A DNA stretch of 64,000 nucleotides from an uncultured Clostridia bacterium (GTDB taxonomy: Bacteria > Bacillota > Clostridia > Oscillospirales > CAG-272): assembly GCA_947631245.1 (NCBI GenBank), contig CANRKP010000001.1:44028-108027 (forward strand), written 5' to 3'. The translations under genes were made by a program, and so were the position numbers. The notes under the pieces are model-generated. The model saw only the letters and a program-made list of their open reading frames with translations. It searched no databases and had not been told where the DNA came from. How positions within the stretch are numbered: the first letter of the stretch is position 1; each line of letters starts with the position of its first letter. Below are positions 44,366 to 52,916 of the stretch, piece after piece.

Positions 44366-46756
44366 TTATGCCTTCGCGGGTTCTCCGGCTATATAGCGCT
44401 TGATGTTTGCGACGCCTGCGTATTTCTCCGTGTCGTCTCCTCTGACGACGACGAGCGTCGGCGCCTGGCGTATGCCGAACTCCTTTGTGAGCTCGCGGTC
44501 TTCCTCCGCCAAGAGCTTATCGTAGCCGATTCCGGCGCGGTCGAGCAGAGACACCGCTATCTTGCAGTTCGGGCAGGTCGCCGTCGTGAAGAGGTAGAGG
44601 TTCTCCCCGCCGGACGCCACCAGCTGCTCGGCGGGCTCATTTTCCACCGATGCGGACGTGTTTTCGGGCACCTCGTTCTGTATGAACGCGCCGACGTCGT
44701 ATTCGAGCCTGTCGCGGAACTCCTGCGCCTTGCCCGCGTTCCAGTTGCGGACCGGGCGGTAGTAGCCGGTTATACGGCTGTATACCTCGGTCTCCTCGCC
44801 GCACTCGGGGCACTCGAAGTGCTCGCCCGAGATGTAGCCGTGCTCTGGGCAGATAGAGTACGTCGGCGACATCGTGTAGTACGGGAGCTTGTAGTTCTCC
44901 GCTATCTTGCGGACGAGCGCCGCCGTCGAGCGCCAGTCGGGAAGTCTCTCGCCGAGGAACGCGTGGAAAACGGTGCCGGACGTGTAGAGCGTCTGAAGCT
45001 CGTCCTGTATGTCGAGCGCGGAGAATACGTCGTCGGTAAATCCGACGGGCAGATGCGAGCTGTTCGTGTAATACGGCGTCCCGCAGCGCTCGTTTGCCGT
45101 GATGATGTCCGGGTACTGTTCCTTGTCGTGCTTAGCGAGGCGGTACGACGTCGATTCAGCCGGGGTCGCCTCGAGATTGAAGAGGTCGCCGTACTTCTCC
45201 TGATAGTCGGAGAGGCGCTCTCTCATGTGGTTGAGCACATCCTTCGTGAACTGCTGCGCCTTCGGGTCGGTGAGGTCGCAGCGGAGCCACCTTGCGTTGA
45301 GGCACGCCTCGTTCATGCCGACAAGCCCTATCGTCGAGAAATGGTTTGCGAACGTGCCGAGGTAGCGCTTCGTGTACGGGTAGAGACCCGCGTCGAGCAG
45401 CTTTGTTATGACCGTGCGCTTCGTGTCGAGCGAGCGCGCCGCAATGTCCATCATGTGGTCGAGGCGGGAGTAGAACTCCTCCTCGGTCTTTGACAGATAC
45501 GCGATGCGGGGCATGTTTATCGTAACGACGCCTATCGAGCCCGTCGATTCGCCCGAGCCGAAGAAGCCTCCCGACTTCTTGCGGAGCTCGCGCAGGTCAA
45601 GTCTCAGGCGGCAGCACATCGAGCGCACGTCCGACGGCTCCATGTCGCTGTTGATATAGTTGGAGAAATAAGGCGTGCCGTACTTCGCCGTCATCTCGAA
45701 GAGCATCTTATTGTTCTCGGTCTCCGACCAGTCGAAGTCCCTTGTTATCGAGTACGTCGGGATCGGGTACTGGAAGCCGCGGCCGTTCGCGTCGCCCTCT
45801 ATCATTATCTCTATGAACGCCTTGTTGATGACGTCCATCTCCGCCTTGCAGTCGCCGTAGGTGAAGTCCATGTCCTTTCCGCCTACGATAGCGGGGAGGT
45901 TTTCAAGGTCTGCGGGGACTGTCCAGTCGAGCGTGATGTTGGAGAACGGAGCCTGCGTGCCCCAGCGGGACGGCGTGTTCACGCCGAAGATGAAGCTCTG
46001 TATGCACTGCTTGACCTCTTTGTATGTGAGGTTGTCCACTTTTACGAAAGGCGCCAAATATGTGTCGAACGAGGAGAACGCCTGCGCGCCCGCCCACTCG
46101 TTCTGCATAATGCCGAGGAAGTTCACCATCTGGTTGCAGAGGGTGGAGAGATGACTTGCCGGAGCTGACGTAATGCGCCCCGTGACGCCGCCGAGGCCCT
46201 CGCGTATAAGCTGCTTGAGCGACCAGCCCGCGCAGTATCCCGTCAGCATCGAAAGGTCGTGCAGATGGATGTCCGCGTTCCTGTGCGCGTCCGCGACCTC
46301 GCGGTCGTATATTTCCGACAGCCAGTAATTCGCCGTTATCGCGCCCGAGTTCGAGAGGATGAGACCGCCGACGGAATATGTGACCGTACTGTTCTCCTTG
46401 ACGCGCCAGTCGTCAGCGTTGACGTATTTGTCGACGAGCTCCTTGTAGTCGAGGATCGTGGAGCTCATGTTGCGTATCTTCTCGCGCTGGCGGCGGTAGA
46501 GGATGTAGGCCTTCGCGACGTCCGCATATCCCGCCTCGGAGAGCACCTTCTCGACGCTGTCCTGTATGTCCTCGACAGATATCCTGTCGTCCTTTATTTT
46601 GGAGGAAAAGTCAGCCGTGACCTTCAGAGAGAGAAGATCTATGACCGAGGGATGATAGTTCGTATGCTCGGCGTCAAACGCCTTTTCTATCGCCCTGCTT
46701 ATCTTGGAAATATCGAATTCCGCTATCTGTCCGTCACGTTTTATTACCTGATACAT
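44366..46756 (-). CDS. nrdD: anaerobic ribonucleoside-triphosphate reductase (class III) with C-terminal thioredoxin/glutaredoxin-like fusion
   Basis: The N-terminal ATP-cone reads VIKRDGQIAEFDISKI and the finger-loop Cys segment is RSMCCRLRLD. The Zn ribbon is CPEHG...CPECG and the glycyl radical motif is RITGYYRPV. An extra ~100 aa tail carries CPNC (LYLFTTATCPNCKIAV...APTLVVV). The start is the ATG at 46756 with GGAGG 5 nt upstream; the track's TTG at 46768 lies inside that RBS. Confidence 0.95.
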   Translation of the reverse strand: MYQVIKRDGQIAEFDISKISRAIEKAFDAEHTNYHPSVIDLLSLKVTADFSSKIKDDRISVEDIQDSVEKVLSEAGYADVAKAYILYRRQREKIRNMSSTILDYKELVDKYVNADDWRVKENSTVTYSVGGLILSNSGAITANYWLSEIYDREVADAHRNADIHLHDLSMLTGYCAGWSLKQLIREGLGGVTGRITSAPASHLSTLCNQMVNFLGIMQNEWAGAQAFSSFDTYLAPFVKVDNLTYKEVKQCIQSFIFGVNTPSRWGTQAPFSNITLDWTVPADLENLPAIVGGKDMDFTYGDCKAEMDVINKAFIEIMIEGDANGRGFQYPIPTYSITRDFDWSETENNKMLFEMTAKYGTPYFSNYINSDMEPSDVRSMCCRLRLDLRELRKKSGGFFGSGESTGSIGVVTINMPRIAYLSKTEEEFYSRLDHMMDIAARSLDTKRTVITKLLDAGLYPYTKRYLGTFANHFSTIGLVGMNEACLNARWLRCDLTDPKAQQFTKDVLNHMRERLSDYQEKYGDLFNLEATPAESTSYRLAKHDKEQYPDIITANERCGTPYYTNSSHLPVGFTDDVFSALDIQDELQTLYTSGTVFHAFLGERLPDWRSTAALVRKIAENYKLPYYTMSPTYSICPEHGYISGEHFECPECGEETEVYSRITGYYRPVRNWNAGKAQEFRDRLEYDVGAFIQNEVPENTSASVENEPAEQLVASGGENLYLFTTATCPNCKIAVSLLDRAGIGYDKLLAEEDRELTKEFGIRQAPTLVVVRGDDTEKYAGVANIKRYIAGEPAKA

Positions 46757-46812
46757 ATCTTCCTCCAACGTCCCTATGCAATTTATTTTGTATGACTACT
46801 TGTGCTGACATA

Positions 46813-46825
46813 CTACATTTTGTAG
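46813..46825. promoter_or_regulatory. imperfect palindrome CTACATTTTGTAG just downstream of the nrdD -10 (weak NrdR-box-like site)
   Basis: CTACA/TGTAG arms. The 16-mer on the minus strand, CTACAAAATGTAGTAT, matches about 11/16 consensus positions by eye. Confidence 0.35.
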
Positions 46826-46835
46826 CACGAGAGAA

Positions 46836-46865
46836 ATTATATCACAACCTGATGCACGGTGTCAA
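46836..46865 (-). promoter_or_regulatory. promoter of nrdD
   Basis: Minus strand TTGACA (46865-46860), 18 nt, TATAAT (46841-46836). It lies ~80 nt upstream of the ATG at 46756. Confidence 0.6.
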
Positions 46866-46908
46866 GACGGTTATAACATTTTGTCTGTGACAAAAACGGC
46901 GCTTTGTT

Positions 46909-46927
46909 TTTGTATATTATATACAAA
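46909..46927. promoter_or_regulatory. AT-rich palindrome TTGTATATTATATACAA upstream of the nrdD -35
   Basis: Perfect 8+1+8 palindrome. The arm polarity (G..C outside) differs from NrdR boxes, so it may bind another factor. Confidence 0.3.
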
Positions 46928-47046
46928 GCTCACTAATATCCGTTTTTGCTCGCCGTGTTCCCGAAAATGCCGTCGCGCACCTTTCGCTTTTTCATTATTC
47001 ATTTTCTCCGTCATCCGCCCGGCCATACATACAAAATATTGGGGCG

Positions 47047-47100
47047 CGAAAAAACGGGGGAGAGCTTCGCCGCCGCATATGCGCCGAAAAGCGCCTCCCC
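47047..47100 (-). terminator. terminator downstream of nrdG
   Basis: A GGGGAG...CTCCCC outer stem has GC-rich internal pairing and is followed on the minus strand by CGTTTTTTCGCG. Confidence 0.7.
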
Positions 47101-47121
47101 GTATCCGTGATTTGAATTTTT

Positions 47122-47139
47122 GACACAATATATTGTGTC
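47122..47139. promoter_or_regulatory. perfect 18-bp palindrome GACACAATATATTGTGTC matching the NrdR-box consensus
   Basis: Its central 16 bp, ACACAATATATTGTGT, fit the published NrdR box pattern acaCwAtATaTwGtgt at every position. It lies 8 nt after the nrdG stop and upstream of the nrdG terminator. Confidence 0.55.
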
Positions 47140-47147
47140 TTTAGAAC

Positions 47148-47840
47148 TCAGACGCCCCGCAGCGCCACCGTCTTAACGAACGGACGCGCGGCGTCCGCCA
47201 TTTTCTCCATCTCCTCCTTCGTCGGTGAGGTAAAGCCGCCGACGAGCAGCTCTCCCGAGTCGCGGAACTGCTGAAGATAATACCTCTCGGCGCCCGAGAT
47301 CCATTTTGCCGCGTCCGCAATGTCGTCCGGCGTATGCAGTTCTCTCGTCACCGTCGTGCGGAACTCGTACTCGATGCCGCAGGACAGAAGTATCTCAATC
47401 GAGTCCGAGACGCGCGAAATGAGCGCGTCTCCCGAGATCCCCGCGGTCTCTTTGTACTTTTCGCGCGAGTTTTTGATGTCCATCGCGACGTAATCGAGCA
47501 GACCCTCATCTATCATGGCGCGCAGCTTTTCCGGCTGCGTCCCGTTAGTATCGAGCTTCACCGCGAACCCGAGCTCCTTCACCCTTTTGGCAAAGTCCCC
47601 GATCCCGGGCTGTATCAGCGGCTCGCCGCCCGTTATCGCAACGCCCTCGAGGATGCCCGTGCGCTTTTTCAGAAACGCGTAAAACTCCTCCGTCTCCATG
47701 ACGGGCGGCGCCTCGCCCCTGACCAAAGACGCATTGTGGCAGAACGGGCAGCGCATATTGCAGCCCGCCGTGAAAACCGTGCAGGCGACCTTTCCCGGGA
47801 AATCGAGAAGCGTCAGTTTTTGTAATCCGTTTATCGTCAT
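47148..47840 (-). CDS. nrdG: anaerobic ribonucleoside-triphosphate reductase activating protein (radical SAM)
   Basis: LLDFPGKVACTVFTAGCNMRCPFCHN (CxxxCxxC) and GVAITGGEPL. About 230 aa, next to nrdD. Confidence 0.9.
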   Translation of the reverse strand: MTINGLQKLTLLDFPGKVACTVFTAGCNMRCPFCHNASLVRGEAPPVMETEEFYAFLKKRTGILEGVAITGGEPLIQPGIGDFAKRVKELGFAVKLDTNGTQPEKLRAMIDEGLLDYVAMDIKNSREKYKETAGISGDALISRVSDSIEILLSCGIEYEFRTTVTRELHTPDDIADAAKWISGAERYYLQQFRDSGELLVGGFTSPTKEEMEKMADAARPFVKTVALRGV

Positions 47841-47916
47841 TTTGCGGCTCCTGTCCTTTTTGAAGAGCCCGCCGGCAAAGTTTTGCCGGCGGACCGTTTT
47901 TTCTTTTACCGCGCCG

Positions 47917-49395
47917 TTATTTTTTGTCGGTCGCGTTTATCTCGATGCCCTTCATCGCCTTGTCGGCGTCGCTTATTACCTTCTCGGCGTCGTCCGCGAG
48001 CACATAGAAGCTCGAGCTTCCGTTGACGGTCAGAAGACAGCGGCGCGTGCTGTAACGGTAGAAGCCGTACTCCGTCGTCTTGCCTCCGTTCGTCGTCACT
48101 GAAAACTTCAGCATACATTTGTCCTCGTCCGCCGTGACGCCCTCGGGCGCCTCGCCCTCTATGCTGACGAGCAGCAGCGTCTTATAAAATTCGCGGAAAT
48201 TGCGTACGTTCGCTATCTGTCCGCAAACGTCGCCTATCACGATAAGATTGGGGTCGTCGTTCGGATGATGAGTGAGGCGGAACGTCTCGTCAACATCGCC
48301 GCCGTGCACCGATATCTCCTTAACGGACGTGATGCCGCGCGAGAACACCGACGACTCGACCCAGCGCAGAAGCCCCCATGAAAGGAAGTCAAAATCCGCC
48401 TCCGGCACCTTTATTATGTCCTCAAACGCCGACGTCGAAACGTAATAGTATCCGTCGACGGGCTCGCTTGCGACAAGGCGGAACTTATACCCCTCGTATT
48501 CGTAGGAGATGACATAGGGCTCGTCTTTCAGCCCGTATTTTTCAAGGTTTTCCGGGGTCAGGTCTATCGCCACAACTTCCTCTCCCTCGTATGCCGCGAG
48601 GGTCTGTATGGTCTTGTCGTAATAAGTCGAGAGCTGATACTCGCCCGGAAAAACGGAAACTGCGTCCGCGACCGCTGATGTTTCAAGCTCTGCAAGCTCC
48701 GCCGCCGTGAGGTTTCGGCAGGTGAGGAAATCTTCGCCGTAATGCTTTATCGAGAAATTGTCTATCTTGTAGTATTCCTTGGCGCTGACGCCGGCAGTCA
48801 GCATCGGCGACAGGAGGGCTTCGACGGGCGCGAGCACAGTCTCCTCGAACGAGGCGGAAAGGACGTATATCGCGTCCCTGCCCTCGTACATCGCGTAATA
48901 TCCGCCGCCCGAGATGATGCGTTCGCCTATCTTTACCGTGTGTACTGTCCCGCTGTTCGTCGTTATTTTATAGTACGCGGGGTCTGCGGCGTCCGAGAGT
49001 CCAAAGTCCTCGAGTTCCTCTGCCGTCGCGTGGTCGGAGAGCTTTTCGAGCGCGTATGTCGTGCCCGTGTTGACAACGAGCGCAGATATCTTTTCCGCGT
49101 CTCTCGCGAGCCTCTCGTGACCCTCGAGAATAAAGTCCTTCGCGTCCTTGTCGTAAACGAACTTATACGTCCCGTAGTCGTTGTGCACCTCGATCGAAGC
49201 CATATCCTCGCGCCGCACCTGCGGGAACATCAGAAGCACGCTGTACGCCTCTCCCTCTCCCGCGTCGGTGACGAGCGTCTCCGGCTGCGTCTCCTCGGGC
49301 GCCGTCATCGGACGGACGACGATAAAGTACGCCGCGGTCAGCACCGCGAAAACCGCGATGAGCACCGCTATCATTATCCTCTGTGTTTTGAGCAT
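47917..49395 (-). CDS. DUF4340-like protein with N-terminal TM anchor
   Basis: Single N-terminal TM segment (IMIAVLIAVFAVLTAAYFIVV). It sits directly after the GldG-like gene (TAAATG junction), the usual position of DUF4340 proteins. Confidence 0.68.
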   Translation of the reverse strand: MLKTQRIMIAVLIAVFAVLTAAYFIVVRPMTAPEETQPETLVTDAGEGEAYSVLLMFPQVRREDMASIEVHNDYGTYKFVYDKDAKDFILEGHERLARDAEKISALVVNTGTTYALEKLSDHATAEELEDFGLSDAADPAYYKITTNSGTVHTVKIGERIISGGGYYAMYEGRDAIYVLSASFEETVLAPVEALLSPMLTAGVSAKEYYKIDNFSIKHYGEDFLTCRNLTAAELAELETSAVADAVSVFPGEYQLSTYYDKTIQTLAAYEGEEVVAIDLTPENLEKYGLKDEPYVISYEYEGYKFRLVASEPVDGYYYVSTSAFEDIIKVPEADFDFLSWGLLRWVESSVFSRGITSVKEISVHGGDVDETFRLTHHPNDDPNLIVIGDVCGQIANVRNFREFYKTLLLVSIEGEAPEGVTADEDKCMLKFSVTTNGGKTTEYGFYRYSTRRCLLTVNGSSSFYVLADDAEKVISDADKAMKGIEINATDKK

Positions 49396-50907
49396 TTATT
49401 TGTACCTTCTTCTGACCGTGACGACGATGCAGGCGACGGCTATGCATATCGGCATTACGAGCACCAAGGTATATGTCCATGTGTTCGCCTGAGCCGTCGT
49501 TATGTCAAGGTCATAGTCCGCGAACACCTTGAACTCTATGCCGGCGGGGACGTTTTCCTTTCCGAGCGATATCAGAAGCGAGTGAATGACGTCGCGGTTC
49601 GAATGGACGTTGCTGTTCAGGTACTGCGGCGACACGAACTCGGGGCTGCCGCATGCGACGACATAGCTCGTGTAGTCCTCGTTGTCCACTATCTTGTATT
49701 CCTGCGATATCGTCATGAGACCGTAAACGCCGTCGGCGTCGCGCGTCTCCCCGTTCTCCGTCAGCTTCGCCGTGGAGCTCGTCATAAAGACGTCGGAAAT
49801 GACGCGGGAGCTTAGGTCGGACATATTTTTATTCTCCTCGACCCACGCGTGCTTTATAGGCGTGGCGGAGCGGAAGATCGCCTTAGGCTGGCTCGAAAGC
49901 TCCGTCAGCCTGCTGTATACGGCGGACGCAAGCTCGCTCTCCTCGGTGTTGTACTGACCGACGACGGAGAACCCGTCGACGGATACCGCGTTGTCGGGGT
50001 CGGAAACGGTGACGCCGGGCATAAAGACGACGCCCCATTCCTCAAGAAATTCCGAGAGATTTTTGAGATTTCCGACTCTCTCGGGCGAGACGAACGTCAT
50101 GACAGAGCCGAAGCCGTCGAGAAAATCGTCTATCTTCTCTATCTCCGACTTGCCGGTGTGCTCCTCGTAGATGCCGCCGAAATCGTACTGCGGGTCGTTG
50201 ATTATGAGAAGGCGCGCGTCCTCGGACATATCCTGCGTCGAAAGATCTATCGGTTCTACCTTGTAACCCGCGTCCTCTATAAGTGAGATGAACGTCGTCG
50301 CGTCTCCCGTCAGCGCCTCGCCGTGCCCCATCGTGAAGTACGCGATCGGCGTCTCCGACGCCGTCACCTGAAGTATCGCGGACGCGAACCTGTTCTCTCC
50401 GTCATAAGCCCAAATGTAGGTCGGATCCTCGGTGTCCTTGATGAAAAATCTCTCCGAGTCGTACTTGCGGTACTCGGTGCCCGACGAGATTATGACGGAC
50501 GTAGTCTTGACAAAGTCGGTCGCCACCGTGCGGAAGCGCTCGAGATATTTCTTGTCGCGCATGACGTCGCGGTATTCTATCTTTATATTATGGAACTTGT
50601 CGGCGAGGTTCTGCGCCGTATTGTGTATCATGAACAGCGCCGCGTCCGCGTCGACCTCGTCTTTGTCCTGACAGAACGTTATGAGGACGTCGCTGTCAAC
50701 ATTTTTGAGCACGTCGACCGTCGAGTCGTCGAGCGAGTAGAGAGACGTGGACGTCATATCTATATACCATCTGTACTTCGTCGCAAACGCGGAGAAAATG
50801 ACGTTCACTATTATCACGAGCGCGACGAAGGCGACCGTGAGAGCGGCGGACGTTCCGCCGTAGCGGAGCTTCTTGCTTTTTGCCATGCTGTTTATATTGT
50901 TCTTCAT
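49396..50907 (-). CDS. GldG-family ABC transporter auxiliary protein
   Basis: N- and C-terminal TM anchors flank a large extracytoplasmic domain, and the gene follows an ABC-2 permease. The start is set at the ATG at 50907 (GGGGGTG RBS) rather than the TTG at 50922. Confidence 0.78.
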   Translation of the reverse strand: MKNNINSMAKSKKLRYGGTSAALTVAFVALVIIVNVIFSAFATKYRWYIDMTSTSLYSLDDSTVDVLKNVDSDVLITFCQDKDEVDADAALFMIHNTAQNLADKFHNIKIEYRDVMRDKKYLERFRTVATDFVKTTSVIISSGTEYRKYDSERFFIKDTEDPTYIWAYDGENRFASAILQVTASETPIAYFTMGHGEALTGDATTFISLIEDAGYKVEPIDLSTQDMSEDARLLIINDPQYDFGGIYEEHTGKSEIEKIDDFLDGFGSVMTFVSPERVGNLKNLSEFLEEWGVVFMPGVTVSDPDNAVSVDGFSVVGQYNTEESELASAVYSRLTELSSQPKAIFRSATPIKHAWVEENKNMSDLSSRVISDVFMTSSTAKLTENGETRDADGVYGLMTISQEYKIVDNEDYTSYVVACGSPEFVSPQYLNSNVHSNRDVIHSLLISLGKENVPAGIEFKVFADYDLDITTAQANTWTYTLVLVMPICIAVACIVVTVRRRYK

Positions 50908-50924
50908 AAGGCGCACCCCCAAGA

Positions 50925-51629
50925 TCAGCCCCAGCGGCGCTTTTCATAAACGCGCACCGTCAGGAATATGGCGACCGCCGTTATCGAAAGATAATACAGC
51001 GTCGCGCCTATGTCGAATATCCCGTTCATGAAGTTGCCGAAGCGGGAGAATACCGATATCCAGCCGAGGACGGCACGGACGGCGTAAACGTCTATATACG
51101 CGTTCCCGAAGCTGGCGACGAGGAACACGAGGATCACAACGATAGTCAGAACGCACGCCGTCATCTGGTTCTCCGTCAGCGAGGATATGAGCAGCCCCAC
51201 GGCTATAAACGCGCTCCCTACGAGCAGCAGCGCTATTATGTCGCCGAAGAGTATCGCCGTCTCGGGCTCCGCGTGCGCGTAAAACGGGATGTAGTAGACA
51301 GCCGTCAGCGCGAGCACGCCCGCCATCATCGTCATCGCCGCGAAATACTTCGCGAGCACAAGGCTCGGGAGGCTGACGGGCGAGGTCAAGAGCATCTGCT
51401 CCGTCTTCGTTCTCCTCTCCTCCGAGAAGGACTTCATCGTCAGGACGGGCACGAGCACGACGAACACGAACACCATCGCCATAAAGTATGTTCTCGTGTT
51501 CCACGTTGCCTGCTGGAGGGTCGTGTACGAAAAGACGACGGCAGATATCAACAGCATCGCCGCGAGGAAGATATACCCGACGGGCGTCGTGAAATACGCC
51601 CTCATTTCCTTTTTATATATAGCTCCCAT
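50925..51629 (-). CDS. ABC-2 type transporter permease (GldF-like)
   Basis: Six hydrophobic helices; the gene lies between the ATPase and the GldG-like gene. Confidence 0.8.
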   Translation of the reverse strand: MGAIYKKEMRAYFTTPVGYIFLAAMLLISAVVFSYTTLQQATWNTRTYFMAMVFVFVVLVPVLTMKSFSEERRTKTEQMLLTSPVSLPSLVLAKYFAAMTMMAGVLALTAVYYIPFYAHAEPETAILFGDIIALLLVGSAFIAVGLLISSLTENQMTACVLTIVVILVFLVASFGNAYIDVYAVRAVLGWISVFSRFGNFMNGIFDIGATLYYLSITAVAIFLTVRVYEKRRWG

Positions 51630-51644
51630 TTCTTTTTCCCTTCC

Positions 51645-52727
51645 TTAATTCCGTGCGCCGAGGTCGGAATTGTCTATGACAGACTTCCGCTCTCTTCTCG
51701 ACTGCTTTTTGTTGTCCGCGCGGTCGACGAGGCGTATGAAGACCTCCTCGAGGTTCTCGCCGACGGGCTCAAGCCCGACGAGCGCCCAGTTATTTTGCGC
51801 GAGCGCGAAAAACAGGTTCTTTCTTATGTCGACGCCGGGCTCGCTCTCTATGATGTAGGTGTAAGCCTCTCCGTCGCGCTCGCTCTGCCTTTCGACGCGG
51901 AGAACGCCCTGCCTCGAGCGCAGAAGGTTCGTCACCTCGCGCGTGGGCCCGCATATCTTCGCAAGATATGTTCTCCCTTCCTCGGCGACGCGGACGATGT
52001 CTTCCTTTTCCTCGTCCGCTATGATCTTGCCCTTGTTGATTATTATTATCCTGTCGCACACCGTCTGCACCTCGGAGAGGATGTGGGTCGAGAGCAGGAC
52101 TGTGTGGTTCTCGCCGAGGGCGCGGATAAGCGAGCGGACCTCTATTATCTGCTTCGGGTCAAGACCGACCGTCGGCTCGTCGAGGATAATGAGCGGCGGG
52201 TTGCCGACGAGCGCCTGAGCTATGCCGACGCGCTGGCGGTACCCTTTCGAGAGGTTCTTTATGAGCCTGCCGCGCACGTCAGCTATTTTCGTCACGGAGC
52301 ATATCTCGTCAAGGTGCTTTTTCCTGTTGTATGTGCAGTTCTTGAGCTCGTATGTGAAATTGAGATATTCGTCGACGGTCATGTCTATATAGAGCGGCGG
52401 CTGCTCGGGAAGATATCCTATCATCCGCTTTGCCGCGGACGCCTCTTCGAGAACGTCGTGCCCAGCGACGCGCACGACGCCCGAGGTGCTCGAAAGAAAT
52501 CCCGTTATGACGTTTATCGTCGTCGATTTTCCGGCTCCGTTCGGTCCGAGAAAGCCGACGACCTCACCTTTTTTCACCTTGAAACTGATGTCGTCGACGG
52601 CGTACTTGTCGCCGAAACGGCGCACGAGGTTCTCGACCTCTATCATGTATTCGCTCTCACCGGTCGTCTCTTTCGCCTCCTGCGAGAGGTCGATATTCTG
52701 CCTGCCGGTCATCTCAGTCTTCCCCAT
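51645..52727 (-). CDS. ABC transporter ATP-binding protein
   Basis: Walker A is GPNGAGKST, the signature motif is LSKGYRQR and Walker B is LIILDEPTVGLD. An AGGAGA RBS lies 7 nt before the ATG at 52727. Confidence 0.92.
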   Translation of the reverse strand: MGKTEMTGRQNIDLSQEAKETTGESEYMIEVENLVRRFGDKYAVDDISFKVKKGEVVGFLGPNGAGKSTTINVITGFLSSTSGVVRVAGHDVLEEASAAKRMIGYLPEQPPLYIDMTVDEYLNFTYELKNCTYNRKKHLDEICSVTKIADVRGRLIKNLSKGYRQRVGIAQALVGNPPLIILDEPTVGLDPKQIIEVRSLIRALGENHTVLLSTHILSEVQTVCDRIIIINKGKIIADEEKEDIVRVAEEGRTYLAKICGPTREVTNLLRSRQGVLRVERQSERDGEAYTYIIESEPGVDIRKNLFFALAQNNWALVGLEPVGENLEEVFIRLVDRADNKKQSRRERKSVIDNSDLGARN

Positions 52728-52916
52728 TAAGGCTTCTCCTGTTTTTTCGGTTCTTTTTTATGTCGGCGCCGCGGCAGAGAGCCGGAGGCGCAAAAATGTA
52801 CTGCTTCATAGTATATCACATTTTGCATGAAAAATCTTCCCTATTTTTGCTTCGGGATGCGGTTTTTTCACGAAAATTATGTGAATATGCTGTGACGCTC
52901 AGGCTCCCGACCGTTT

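Noticed and set aside
46930-47050. Possible cobalamin riboswitch in the nrdD upstream region
   Set aside because: I could not find a B12-box-like GCCACTG/AGYCMGG core or the usual conserved GGGAA/GGTG context in the right arrangement. Only an Infernal scan could settle this, so it is treated as absent.
46871-47128. 85-aa minus-strand ORF (and the 80-aa plus-strand ORF) inside the nrdG-nrdD spacer
   Set aside because: The ORF would start inside the NrdR-type palindrome and read through the nrdG terminator hairpin. It has no RBS and a basic, low-complexity sequence. The region is better explained as regulatory.
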